From assembly GCA_963817525.1 (NCBI GenBank), contig CAWFOU010000007.1, positions 608,001-672,000 on the forward strand: 64,000 nucleotides of DNA. Direction: 5' to 3'. Below the pieces are notes generated by a model, which did no database searches, was not told the DNA's origin, and saw only the letters and a program-made list of their open reading frames with translations. How positions within the stretch are numbered: the first letter of the stretch is position 1; every line of letters begins with the position of its first letter. Shown here one piece after another: positions 1 through 9,607 of the stretch. Origin of the DNA: an uncultured archaeon. Its GTDB lineage: Archaea > Thermoproteota > Nitrososphaeria > Nitrososphaerales > Gagatemarchaeaceae. A program made the position numbers and the translations under genes.

Positions 1-112
1 TAGAAATAGTCGAGGTCGAGATGACCGACGATGCGGCTCAAGAAGGGCTCGTCACGCTTCCGCGCGAATCTGTTCTAATAGGCTTTGGTGTATCCGTCTT
101 TGCTATTGGACG

Positions 113-267
113 TGGTGGGGTCGCCCGGATTTGAACCGGGGGTCTCAAGCGTTCTCGAACGCGCCTTGTTAGGGACGTTCCCGAGGCATCTTCTCTGATG
201 ATTTGAAGCCTAGACCAGACTAGCCCCAAGTTGAATCGAGTTCAACGTTGGCCTAGCCGACGACCCC
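113..267 (-). tRNA. tRNA-Pro(CGG) with three introns (15/16: 220-252; 29/30: 188-202; 37/38: 152-179), encoded CCA
   Basis: Acceptor GGGGTCG/CGACCCC-ACCA; T-arm CCCGG-TTCAAAT-CCGGG. Removing 33+15+28 nt gives a 79-nt cloverleaf with CT-CGG-GC loop. BHB central helices GGCT/GGCT, CTTC/GAAG, CTCG/CGAG. Confidence 0.92.
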
Positions 268-1401
268 GCACCGATTACTGCCCCCGGGTGTCTCGCTTTA
301 TATTCTATCGCCGCCTTCCTTATCGATTCAACCACTCCGTCCTTGATTTTGTTTCTCAGACGCTCCACCAGCGGCTCGACCGATGACCACCTAGTCGTCT
401 TGCAGCTCAGGATGATTCTCATCTTCTCAATCTTCTCATTGTGGCGGCTGAGAGGCAGAATCTGGGCGGCCAGGAAAGAGACCTCCTCAAGCCGGTGAAG
501 CCGAAGGACCCACATGTCTCTCGTGAGGGTTACTCGTCTTGGGCCCGAGACGCCCACATTATCTTGGTCGTACCGCCGCGCCTGTCCAGACGGAGCGTCG
601 GATGCAGGCCTGCTTTTCAAGCCCCGTCTTGACGGCTCTTATCAGGACCGACTCCTCGGTAGTAATCAAGAAGGCGTATGTCAGTCTGGCGCCGTCATGG
701 GTGATTACCCAAGAGCCGTCGGAATCGGACACGCCAGCCAGAAACTCGTAGAACTCGGCTTCGGCCGTCGGGACGGTCTGAGGCTTTCTGATCAAGTAGC
801 TGAAAGAGTTGTCAAGATAGGCCCTCGCCTGCCAGTCATATCCGGTCAGGAAGACCTGGCGGGGCACCACACCGCAGTGCCCGTAGTGGCCGAATGTCTT
901 CAGGAACAAATCCAGTATTGAAGGGTGTGTCGTGCTGACCCTGACCATCACTGAGTTCCGAGAGGTCCTCGCCGCGTTCAGGTCTCCACCCCTAAGACCC
1001 AGCAGGTATGCCCGCTCCATGTCATCGCCCGAAAAAGGCGTTCTAGGATATTTGACGGTCCATCGACTTCGAAGCGGGCCTGACGCCGTCTCGCGCAGCA
1101 GATGGTTTCTCGCAGTGGTGAAGCTGATTCCGGTCAACTTGGCCACCGCACGGATTGTCTTGCCTTGATTCCAGTAGAGCTCATGAATCTGCCTCGGATC
1201 GCACTTCGGTGTGTTCGCGCTCCACTCTCTTCTGGGGATGCCGTGCTTTACCATCCAATAGTGGACGTCGCTCTTAGTCGTGCCGGCCAACACGGCTATC
1301 TGCTTGAGCGATTTCCCATCCGTGCAATAGAGCCGCCTGAGTAGTTCACGGTTCTTTAGGTCAATATGCTCCTGCTCTTTTGAACCGGGAATATCGTGCA
1401 T
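210..1401 (-). CDS. Double-HTH + LAGLIDADG homing-endonuclease-like protein, broken by two apparent single-G deletions (~609, ~554)
   Basis: Motifs AYLLGLRGGD and FLAGVSDSDG; two HTH repeats (LY..GKSLKQIA, LYW.QGKTIRAVAK). The C-terminal part (WVLRL..ILPLSRHNEK) lies in ORF 210..620. TATA at ~1422-1430 favours ATG 1401. Confidence 0.75.
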
Positions 1402-1559
1402 TGATGAGATACGTGCGCTCATTATAAAAGCGCCTACGCGACTGCAGGCTTGACAGCGGGAGCCTGACCGCCCAGAGCCGTGAGCGGCGCCGACAAGAAA
1501 CCGGTAGGCCGAATAGCCCTACATAGCGATTATAAGGCGGAAACCTGATGGTCAGGCAC

Positions 1560-1856
1560 ATGTCAGGAGAGACGAAAACAGTCATAGTCGGTCAGTACAA
1601 GGAACCCCTCGCATACATCACGGCGTGCATAACCATGTTCAACAGCGGAGCGGAGCACGTCATCCTGAGGTCCAGGGGCGAGGCCATCAACAAGGCGGTC
1701 GACGTGGTGCAGCTTCTCAAGAAGCGTTTCATGAGCCAGGTCGAGATATCAAAGATACAGATAGACGGCGACAACGTGGTCTCCCGCGACGGAAGGCAGC
1801 TCAGCCTTCCAGTCTTGGAAATCGAGCTGTCGATGCCCAAGCAGAAACCGGCGTAA
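1560..1856 (+). CDS. albA: Alba DNA/RNA-binding protein
   Basis: KEPLAYI...VILRSRGEAINKAVDVV Alba signature. Confidence 0.9.
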   Translation: MSGETKTVIVGQYKEPLAYITACITMFNSGAEHVILRSRGEAINKAVDVVQLLKKRFMSQVEISKIQIDGDNVVSRDGRQLSLPVLEIELSMPKQKPA

Positions 1857-1899
1857 GCCGTCCCTTCGCAGAAGGCCGCGATTTCAGGGGACCTGTTGC

Positions 1900-3243
1900 T
1901 TGCCATCCAAGAAGAACCTAAGAATGGTGAGAGGCGAAGTCCCTGGGCCTAAGGCCAGGGCGGTGATCCGGAGGACCTCGAAGGTGGTTTCGCCGTCGAT
2001 TTCGAGGGACCTCCCGCTCGTGGTAGAGTCCGCCCACGGCTCCCTGGTGACCGACGTCGACGGCAACAGGTTCATCGACTTCTCATCCGGGATAGCGGTG
2101 CTGAGCACGGGCTCGACGCACCCCGAGGTCGTCGCGGCCGCCAAGAAACAGCTTGAGAAGTTCATCCACTTCTCCTACACGGACTTTTACTACGAGAACC
2201 TCGTGACGCTGGCTGAGAAGCTCTGCGCCCTGGCCCCGGGAGCGGGGGAGAAGATGGTATACTGGGGCAACAGCGGGGCGGAGGCGAACGAGGCGGCCAT
2301 GAAGCTCGCGAGGAACTACACCAAGAGGCCGCTGTACCTCGCCCACTCGGGGGCGTTCCACGGGAGGACGATGGGAACGCTGGGCCTCACCGGCAGCAAG
2401 CCGATACAGAGGAAGGGGGCGTTCCCCCTCGTCCCTGAGGTGGTGCACTTTCCCTTCCCGTACTGCTACCGCTGCCCGTGGAAGCAGACCTTCCCGGAGT
2501 GTGACTATTACTGCGTCGACTACTTCAAGGAGCAGTACCTGGACAAGTTCGTCCCGGTCGAGGACGTGGCGGCGTACTTCTTCGAGCCGTTCCAGGGCGA
2601 GGGCGGCTACGTCCTGCCTCCCCCCGAGTACTTCGAGCGGATGAGCTTCCTGCGCAAGGAGGGCGTCCTCTTCGTCGCGGACGAGGTGCAGAGCGGGATA
2701 GGCAGGTCTGGGAAGTTCTTCGCGGTGGAGCACTACGGCCTCGAGCCAGACATCATCAGCGTGGCCAAGGGACTGGCCTCGGGGTTCCCGCTGGGAGGGA
2801 TAATCGCGGCCGCCGAGGTGATGCGCTCGTGGGTTCCGGGGCAGCACGCCTCGACCTTCGGCGCGAACCCGGTAGCGGTGGAGGCAGCCCTGGCGACGTT
2901 GGAGGTAATTAACTCGGAGAGACTGATGGAGAACGCCGTAAAGATGGGGAGGGTCGCCATGAAGCGGCTCGAGGAGATGAAGGAGCGCTACGAGATAGTG
3001 GGGGATGTGAGGGGCAAGGGCCTGTTCATTGGGGTCGAGATTGTCAAGACCAAGAAGGGCAAGGAGCGGGGAATGCGCGAGGCGCAGGCCGTGACAGAGG
3101 CTTGCTTCAAGGATGGGCTGGTCCTGATAACCGCGGGGAGAAATACCCTCAGGGTGATTCCGCCGCTGAACGTCGCAAGGGAGGAGCTCGAGGAGGGGCT
3201 CGACGTGATGGAAGGTGCGATAGCGAAAGTGAACTCCGCGTAG
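1900..3243 (+). CDS. Class III PLP aminotransferase (4-aminobutyrate/acetylornithine-like)
   Basis: DVDGNRFIDF, NSGAEANE, FHGRT, EPFQGEGG, DEVQSGIGR, AKGLASG. Confidence 0.9.
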   Translation: MPSKKNLRMVRGEVPGPKARAVIRRTSKVVSPSISRDLPLVVESAHGSLVTDVDGNRFIDFSSGIAVLSTGSTHPEVVAAAKKQLEKFIHFSYTDFYYENLVTLAEKLCALAPGAGEKMVYWGNSGAEANEAAMKLARNYTKRPLYLAHSGAFHGRTMGTLGLTGSKPIQRKGAFPLVPEVVHFPFPYCYRCPWKQTFPECDYYCVDYFKEQYLDKFVPVEDVAAYFFEPFQGEGGYVLPPPEYFERMSFLRKEGVLFVADEVQSGIGRSGKFFAVEHYGLEPDIISVAKGLASGFPLGGIIAAAEVMRSWVPGQHASTFGANPVAVEAALATLEVINSERLMENAVKMGRVAMKRLEEMKERYEIVGDVRGKGLFIGVEIVKTKKGKERGMREAQAVTEACFKDGLVLITAGRNTLRVIPPLNVAREELEEGLDVMEGAIAKVNSA

Positions 3244-3256
3244 GAGGTGCCCGTCG

Positions 3257-4459
3257 ATGTACGACTTCGATGCCCTGGTGACCGAGGTCCTCCACAACAA
3301 GCCCGAGATGAGCCGTGACTCCCTGATGGAGCTGGTTAAGGAGAAGAAGCGGACCGTCGGTTCAGGGTACCTCACCGACCAGGGCGCGCTCTTCCTGGTG
3401 GCTGGAGAGCTGGGCGTCAAGCTCCAGCACATGATCAGCGCCGACCTGACGCTCAAGGACCTTCACATTGGGGCGAACGACATCACGGTTGTCGCGAGGG
3501 TCTTGGCGATATACCCCGTGTCAGAGTTCAAGAAGAAGGACGGGAGCGGCGTCGGGCGTTATAGGCGCGTGAATCTCTTCGACCGCAACGGCGTGGGCAG
3601 GCTCACCGTATGGGAGGACAATGAGGAGGCGATGAAGCTCGCCGGCATTGCGGTCGACGCGCCGGTGAGGGTGGTCAGCGCGTACGTCAAGCAGGGCCTA
3701 GACGGGAAGCCCACCCTGAACCTCGGCAAGAAGGGGAGGATCGAAGTAGTCGCGGACATCGCAATCTCGTCGAAGCTGGTGCCGCTCTCCGAGTTGACCA
3801 AGCAACTGGACCATGTCCAGGAGGGGGAGGTGGTGGTCGCCGTGGAGGGCGTGGCAGCTACAGATAGCAGGCGCTCGACGTTCGTCCGCCGCGACGACGG
3901 GTCCAACGGCTCGCTCACCCAGTTCGAGCTGAAGGGTCAGGACGGGAAGACCGCAAGGGTGGTCGTCTGGGACGGGGTCGACCTCCCCGAGGTGAAGTCA
4001 GGGAGGAGGGTCAGGGTCACCAACCTGAGGCAGAAGAAGGGGCGTCAGGGCGAGTCGGAGCTGCACGGGGACAGCGCCACATCGATACAAGCCTTAGACG
4101 GGCAGGAGGGGGCTTCGTCGACGGCGCACGTGGCTCGTCTCGTCAAGGTGGGGGACGTGGTCAAGCATGCCGCTGGCGGCAGCGTCGACCTGGAGGTGAT
4201 GGCGCTCTCCAAGGGCAGCGTGCGAGAGGTCAACCTCAAGGATGGCTCGACCGCGAGGAAAGGGGAGGTCGTCCTAGGGGACGACACGGGGGAGATCACG
4301 GCGGTGGCCTGGGATGATGCCTCCAACGTGATTGGGGGGATTCAGGCGGGCGAAAAACTGCGCGTCCAAGGGGCGACGGTCCAGCTTTCGAAGATGGGTG
4401 CTGAGACGCTCGAGCTGGGCAGGTCGTCCAAGGTGGAGCGGGTCTTGGGAAGGGCTTGA
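3257..4459 (+). CDS. RPA/SSB-type multi-OB-fold ssDNA-binding protein
   Basis: N-terminal GYLTDQGALFLVA motif and three OB folds (e.g. LGDDTGEITAVAW). Confidence 0.85.
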   Translation: MYDFDALVTEVLHNKPEMSRDSLMELVKEKKRTVGSGYLTDQGALFLVAGELGVKLQHMISADLTLKDLHIGANDITVVARVLAIYPVSEFKKKDGSGVGRYRRVNLFDRNGVGRLTVWEDNEEAMKLAGIAVDAPVRVVSAYVKQGLDGKPTLNLGKKGRIEVVADIAISSKLVPLSELTKQLDHVQEGEVVVAVEGVAATDSRRSTFVRRDDGSNGSLTQFELKGQDGKTARVVVWDGVDLPEVKSGRRVRVTNLRQKKGRQGESELHGDSATSIQALDGQEGASSTAHVARLVKVGDVVKHAAGGSVDLEVMALSKGSVREVNLKDGSTARKGEVVLGDDTGEITAVAWDDASNVIGGIQAGEKLRVQGATVQLSKMGAETLELGRSSKVERVLGRA

Positions 4460-4477
4460 AGAGACTATGAGAGAGGC

Positions 4478-4609
4478 TCAGGTCTTTGGGCGGCGCAGGA
4501 CCTCGTATTCGTACACGAATATGACCACGAGGCTGACCACGAAGAGCAAAATCATGGCGACGCTGAGGAAGTTGTAGTAGCCGCTGACGTCTAGCACCGG
4601 AATCTGCAT
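4478..4609 (-). CDS. Small single-TM membrane protein (43 aa)
   Basis: MQIPVLDVSG..AMILLFVVSLVVIFVY hydrophobic helix with basic tail; TATA-like element upstream. Confidence 0.5.
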   Translation of the reverse strand: MQIPVLDVSGYYNFLSVAMILLFVVSLVVIFVYEYEVLRRPKT

Positions 4610-4732
4610 GTTCCGAGATGGCGGGTGATATTCATATAGAAAAGCATTCTGGATGGCGGCGCACGGCATTATCGGGCGCTTGGATTACCTCCGAAAGGAA
4701 AGATTACATAGCTACTGCGGTCCGTCGAAGTC

Positions 4733-4884
4733 GCCGGGGTAGCATAGCTTGGCCCATTGCGCCGGCTACGCCCAAGCGTGGGCGAGACTCATAATCGGCC
4801 AAGATGTGAAATCCGGAGAGGATAGCGATATCCCCGAAGGTCGCGGGCTCAAAATGCAGCGGCATGAGAATCCCGCCCCCGGTA
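4733..4884 (+). tRNA. Elongator tRNA-Met(CAT) with four introns (30/31: 4766-4786; 37/38: 4794-4810; 45/46: 4819-4839; 59/60: 4854-4870)
   Basis: Acceptor GCCGGGG/CCCCGGT-A; anticodon stem CCGGA/TCCGG with CT-CAT-AA loop; T-stem GCGGG/CCCGC. Each insert has a BHB-type motif. T-tract follows at 4887. Confidence 0.9.
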
Positions 4885-5065
4885 CCTTTTTTGGACTGCC
4901 TTAGCGGAAGGAGGACTTAGTTGTGGTCGTGGAGTGCCTACCGGCCCCGGAGATTCGCAATCGAATTCTCGAGGGTTATGATGTCTGCGCGAAGATTCGG
5001 ACGGTCCAAAGGAAGATTCGAGGAAATTCTTTGCGGTGTGAAAAATCGCTGAAGTTCATTGTAGG

Positions 5066-5139
5066 AGCCGCGATCGGGAATTGAACCCGAGACCTTTACC
5101 TTACCAAGGTAACGCTCTACCAGACTGAGCTATCGCGGC
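5066..5139 (-). tRNA. tRNA-Thr(GGT), intronless
   Basis: GCCGCGATAGCTCAGTCTGGTAGAGCG-TTACC-TTGGTAA-GGTAA...TTCAATT..TCGCGGCT cloverleaf. Confidence 0.95.
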
Positions 5140-5276
5140 GCAGGCGCGCCACCTAGCTAACGGGATTTATCTATTCTGAGGGAGGAAGGGAGTTTGCTGA
5201 TGCAATGGATGATTCCCAGTCGCGGCTCTACGCTGCTTGGAAACGCGTAAAGTCAGGCCTGTCCTCTGAGGCTGCC

Positions 5277-5672
5277 GTGGTCAAGTTCACGGCCAAGGAG
5301 GAGGCGTTTCTAAAGTCCAACGAGGTGTGCCGCCTCGCGACGGCCTCAAAGGATGGGAGGCCGCAGGTCACGCCCGTCATCTACGCGCTGGACGGGGCTG
5401 CCTTCGTGGTTGCGGTCGACTACGGCACGAAGAAGCTAAAGAACGTCAGGGAGAACCCGAGCGTGGCGCTCGTGGTGGACAGGCTCCGCCCGACCAGGGC
5501 GGTGACGGTCGAGGGGACCTGCAAGGTGTACGAGAGAGGCACCGAATACCTCAGGCTACTAGGCCTGCTGATGGATAGGTTCGAGAGCTATCGGAAGAAC
5601 CCGTGGGGAGAGGGAGAGTCGCCGATCTTTCGCATAGCCCCGGACAAGGCCGTGAGTTGGGGCTTGGGATAG
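5277..5672 (+). CDS. PPOX-class (F420/FMN-binding) split-barrel oxidoreductase
   Basis: RLATASKDGRPQVTPV, KLKNVRENPSVALVVD. Confidence 0.85.
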   Translation: MVKFTAKEEAFLKSNEVCRLATASKDGRPQVTPVIYALDGAAFVVAVDYGTKKLKNVRENPSVALVVDRLRPTRAVTVEGTCKVYERGTEYLRLLGLLMDRFESYRKNPWGEGESPIFRIAPDKAVSWGLG

Positions 5673-5727
5673 GCCGCGTACTCCGGTTAGATTCTTTAAG
5701 CCGTTGTTCGCGGCCCGTCTGTTCTGC

Positions 5728-5812
5728 GCGGGAGTCGCCCAGCCTGGTCAACGGCGCGAGGCTCAGGACCTCGTCCCTCAGGGGTTCGTGGGTTCAAATC
5801 CCACCTCCCGCA
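5728..5812 (+). tRNA. tRNA-Leu(CAG), intronless
   Basis: GCGGGAG/CTCCCGC-A acceptor; CGAGG-CTCAGGA-CCTCG anticodon arm; long variable arm. Confidence 0.95.
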
Positions 5813-5842
5813 CTTTTCAACCCGCCGCGAAGACTAGTTGTT

Positions 5843-6706
5843 TCAGTTGAACTCTTTCCTTTCGAAAAGGAGGAGTCCCAAAATCGCCGTGACCGCGAAA
5901 TAGGCCGCGATTATCACGAGGCCTTCAGGAATGGTGACGTTGAATGTCGTCAAGGTAGGTCCGACACCGCCAGGACCGAAACGCGACGGAGCTGTCACGA
6001 CGTGTTGAGGATAGGGGGAGTCGAGAACGTTGCCTATTATCCCGGCGCCATATGTCAGGATGAACCATGGCTCGATCTGTGCGAGGTCAGAGACGAGGGT
6101 CTCTATCAACGTAAACGCGAAGAGGAACAGGATGGCGGTGACTAGGATAGAGTAGGAAGTGCTCTTGAAGAGAGAGCTGAAGAAAAATGTGAAGCCGAGG
6201 ACAGCCATGAGGTAGAACCAAGCGAAGAGGAATGACTCGGCGAATTGCCAAGGAATGCTCAGCCCGTAGTACAGAGAATTGTTAGCTATGGTAATCACAG
6301 CGAAGATGGCGAGCACTATGGAGGATGCTATGAACGCGGAGATCCACTTCCCGACATAGACGCTCGACCTGCGGATTGGGTTGGGAAGGGTGAAGTATCC
6401 TGTCTTGTTCTGAAACTCTCCGGAGATGGCGTCACCTCCGAAGAAGATTCCGGAAAGGATTACGATGAAACTCGCCGACATCCCCCACCATCCTGAATAG
6501 AACGAGAGCGTCCCGGAGCTGACGAAGCTTGCCGGCCTGTAGTGAGCAACGACGACGGTGAGGATTGCGCTTATCAGAAGCATTATGCCGAGGAGTATCG
6601 CGAATCTTCTTGACCTGAGATAATCAAGGAATGTGTACCTCATGGTGATTCCCACCTGGGTGATGCTGTTCGGGACGCTGCTCGCAGGCGCGCTCTTTTC
6701 TGTCAT
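5843..6706 (-). CDS. ABC-2 type exporter permease
   Basis: Multiple TM helices, DAISGEFQNKTG..PIRRS motif, downstream of an ABC ATPase. Confidence 0.85.
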   Translation of the reverse strand: MTEKSAPASSVPNSITQVGITMRYTFLDYLRSRRFAILLGIMLLISAILTVVVAHYRPASFVSSGTLSFYSGWWGMSASFIVILSGIFFGGDAISGEFQNKTGYFTLPNPIRRSSVYVGKWISAFIASSIVLAIFAVITIANNSLYYGLSIPWQFAESFLFAWFYLMAVLGFTFFFSSLFKSTSYSILVTAILFLFAFTLIETLVSDLAQIEPWFILTYGAGIIGNVLDSPYPQHVVTAPSRFGPGGVGPTLTTFNVTIPEGLVIIAAYFAVTAILGLLLFERKEFN

Positions 6707-6711
6707 TGTTC

Positions 6712-7659
6712 TCACAATGTGTCCTTAATCAGATTCAGGTACGATTCCTCGAGCGCAGAGGAAGTTGGGGTGAAGCTAACTACTCCTATGTTGATTCCGA
6801 CAAGCTCAACGAGGATTTTCTCCTGGACGTCAAGCCCGCCGCTGCAATGAATCCTCAGTCGCTTGTCGTCCAGCTTCTCTACCGAGACCACCCCAGGAAG
6901 TTTGGTGATTGAGCCGTCGAGCACCCCAGGCTGCACCGGGCGCGTGAGCCCTACGTCCACTATGTTGTCTCCACCTGAGAACTTTCCGGTGACGTTCTGG
7001 AGTGTGTCGTAGACCAGCAACTTCCCATGGTCTATCATGGCGACCTCGTCGCAGACGTCCTCGACTTCGCTGAGGATGTGAGAGCTCATGAAGATGAGGC
7101 GGTCCTTGTTCTTCAAGGCCTTGACTATGCCTCTGACCTCGCTCATCCCTCTCGGGTCCAGACCAGTGGTTGGTTCATCGAGTAACACTATCCTAGGGTC
7201 GCTCAGGAGGGCTGAGGCTATGCAGACCCTCTGCTTCATGCCCTTCGAGAACTTGCCGACCCTCTTGTCGATCCATTCCTGCATCGCCACCTCCGTGATG
7301 ACTTCCTCTATCCTATTCCTTCTCTCGGCGTGGGGGACCCCTCGAAGTTCCGCCACCATCCCGAGGGCCTCTCTAGGCGTCAGCGAGGGATAGATCTCCG
7401 GCGTTTCGATGACGGTGCCTACCGACGCCAGGGCGGCCTTCTTGTGCGTGTGGACGTTGTCGCCGTTGATCAGTGCTTCGCCGGAGGAGGCCCTTATCAG
7501 GTCCGTGAAAATCTTGAGTGTGGTCGTCTTGCCCGCGCCGTTGGGCCCAAGGAAGCCGACGCACTTCGAGCCCTCGATCTTCAGGTTGAGGTTCGAGAGG
7601 GCCGTGAACGAACCGTACACCTTCGAGAGGTTCACGGCCTCAAGTGATGGATTCGTCAA
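6712..7659 (-). CDS. ABC transporter ATP-binding protein
   Basis: GPNGAGKTT, FSKGMKQR, LLDEPT. Confidence 0.92.
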   Translation of the reverse strand: MTNPSLEAVNLSKVYGSFTALSNLNLKIEGSKCVGFLGPNGAGKTTTLKIFTDLIRASSGEALINGDNVHTHKKAALASVGTVIETPEIYPSLTPREALGMVAELRGVPHAERRNRIEEVITEVAMQEWIDKRVGKFSKGMKQRVCIASALLSDPRIVLLDEPTTGLDPRGMSEVRGIVKALKNKDRLIFMSSHILSEVEDVCDEVAMIDHGKLLVYDTLQNVTGKFSGGDNIVDVGLTRPVQPGVLDGSITKLPGVVSVEKLDDKRLRIHCSGGLDVQEKILVELVGINIGVVSFTPTSSALEESYLNLIKDTL

Positions 7660-7682
7660 GGGTTGCTCACCTCGATTTCCCC

Positions 7683-8456
7683 TTAGCTAACTACCTTTCT
7701 GAACAGGTAGAGGGTTATGCCCATGGTAACGATGGCTATCCCCGCGATGAATACGAGGGCGCCGAGCTCCGCGCTCAAAGAGAAGAAGCCCGGGATTGAG
7801 AGGTCCCTGACCGCGTTGACTGCGTAGCTTATCGGGTTGACCTTGGAGACGTACTGCATCCACGTCGGCATGAAGCTCAAGGGGACCAGCGCAGTGCTCA
7901 TGAAGAGCAGGGGGAATGTCATGAAGGCGCCTATCCCGAAGACCGTCTCAGAGCTCTTCGTCCTGAGGCCGAGTGCGAGGGAAATGCCCGACCACGCCAG
8001 CCCGAAGAAGGCGATGATGAACAAGATTAGCAGGACGCCGGGGATTCCAGAAGCCAGCCTGAACCCCAACAAGTATGCCAGCCCGAGTATGATGATCGAT
8101 TGGACCGTGACCCGGAACGCGTCCGTCGCCAGCCTTCCGAGCAGTATCGCGGGCCGGCTCACCTGCGTGACGAGCATCTTCTGCAGGAATCCTGAGTTGA
8201 GGTCCTCGACGATGCTGGTCCCCGATTGGAGCGCACTGCTGAACGCATTCTGCATCAATATGCCGGCGGATGCGTACTCGAGATAGCTCACGCCCTTGGG
8301 GAAACCCGGGAGCAGGTTGAGCGAGTGGAAGAGCTGGGTGAAGAGGACAAGGAAGATGATTGGCTGGAACAGAGAGAAGAATATCAGGATTGGGTTGCGG
8401 ACGAGCTTCTTCAGGGCTCTGACGAAGAGGTTCCGCGTGTCGAATAGGATGGTCAT
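7683..8456 (-). CDS. ABC-2 (DrrB-like) permease
   Basis: Six TM helices, MPTWMQYVSKVNPISYAVNAVR. Confidence 0.88.
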   Translation of the reverse strand: MTILFDTRNLFVRALKKLVRNPILIFFSLFQPIIFLVLFTQLFHSLNLLPGFPKGVSYLEYASAGILMQNAFSSALQSGTSIVEDLNSGFLQKMLVTQVSRPAILLGRLATDAFRVTVQSIIILGLAYLLGFRLASGIPGVLLILFIIAFFGLAWSGISLALGLRTKSSETVFGIGAFMTFPLLFMSTALVPLSFMPTWMQYVSKVNPISYAVNAVRDLSIPGFFSLSAELGALVFIAGIAIVTMGITLYLFRKVVS

Positions 8457-8462
8457 TTCCTT

Positions 8463-9482
8463 TTATCTCCTCCTGCTCCCAAATCTTCCCGTGCTGACTT
8501 CCTTCACAAGCTCTTCTCTCCGTATCCTCTTGCCAGTGTGCTTCAGGAAGACGTCGTCCAAGCTCGGAGTGGAGATGTTGATTGATATCAACTGGATGTC
8601 TGTCTTGTCGAAGGTCCTGACGAGCTCGGGCACGAAGAGCCCTCCGTTCTTCACGTAGAGGGTGAGGCCTTCCTCTGTGTCGACCACGCTTATCACTTCG
8701 GGTATCTGTGATAGGAGGGTCTTCGCGGCAGCCTTCGTCGAGGCTCTGTCTCCGGTACCGGTCCTGTTCTCCACCGAAATGGTGATTGCGTCGGCGCCAA
8801 TCTCCTTCTTCAGGCCCAGCGGCGACCCCTCGGCTACAATCTTACCCGAGTCTACGATGCAGAGGCGCTGGCACAGCCGATCCGCTTCTTCCAGGTATTG
8901 CGTGGTCAGGAAGATGGTAATCCCTTCCTTCTTGTTGAGCACCTCGAGGTAGTCCCACACCGTCGCGCGCGACTGCGGGTCGAGTCCTGTTGTCGGCTCG
9001 TCGAGGAAGAGCACCTTCGGCTTGTGAACCAGAGTAGAGGCAAGGTCAAGCCTCTTTTTCATTCCGCCGGAGTAGCGTCCAGCCCGCTTGTCGGCCGCGT
9101 CCTTCAGCCCGACCACCTCCAGGAGATAGTCGACCCTCTCCTCGAGCTCCTTGCCATGCATCTGTTGCAGGTGTCCTTCGAGAATCATGTTCTCCCTCCC
9201 AGTCAGCTCGGGATCTACGGAGGTGTCTTGGCTCTGGACTCCGATGATTTTCCTAATCTCCCTGGGGTCCTTGTCCAAGTCGTAGCCGGCGACCGATACC
9301 GTGCCCGAGGTCTTCCTCAGAAGGGTGGTGAGGATCTTGATGGTCGTGCTCTTGCCCGCGCCGTTAGGCCCGAGGAAGCCGAAGAACTCGCCCTCCTGCA
9401 CGTTGAACGATATGCCATCGACTGCCTTGGTGCCGTCCGCATAGACCTCAACGAGGTCGCTGACGGTGATGATGTCGGCCAT
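8463..9482 (-). CDS. DrrA-like ABC exporter ATP-binding protein
   Basis: GPNGAGKST, YSGGMKKR, FLDEPTTGLD, PSLDDVFL. Confidence 0.92.
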   Translation of the reverse strand: MADIITVSDLVEVYADGTKAVDGISFNVQEGEFFGFLGPNGAGKSTTIKILTTLLRKTSGTVSVAGYDLDKDPREIRKIIGVQSQDTSVDPELTGRENMILEGHLQQMHGKELEERVDYLLEVVGLKDAADKRAGRYSGGMKKRLDLASTLVHKPKVLFLDEPTTGLDPQSRATVWDYLEVLNKKEGITIFLTTQYLEEADRLCQRLCIVDSGKIVAEGSPLGLKKEIGADAITISVENRTGTGDRASTKAAAKTLLSQIPEVISVVDTEEGLTLYVKNGGLFVPELVRTFDKTDIQLISINISTPSLDDVFLKHTGKRIRREELVKEVSTGRFGSRRR

Positions 9483-9607
9483 GGCGCTCTCTCCCGGATG
9501 CGGCAAGGTTGGTTTTATAAGTATATCTAATACGATATCGTTATCATTCATGTTGCAATGTAGTATTTAGATTGCTTATATAGAGCCGACTGCGCAGAAC
9601 GTAACAA

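Noticed and set aside
1-135. tRNA-Pro 3' end as an integration site
   Set aside because: The downstream sequence is outside the window, so no second att copy or integrase is visible.
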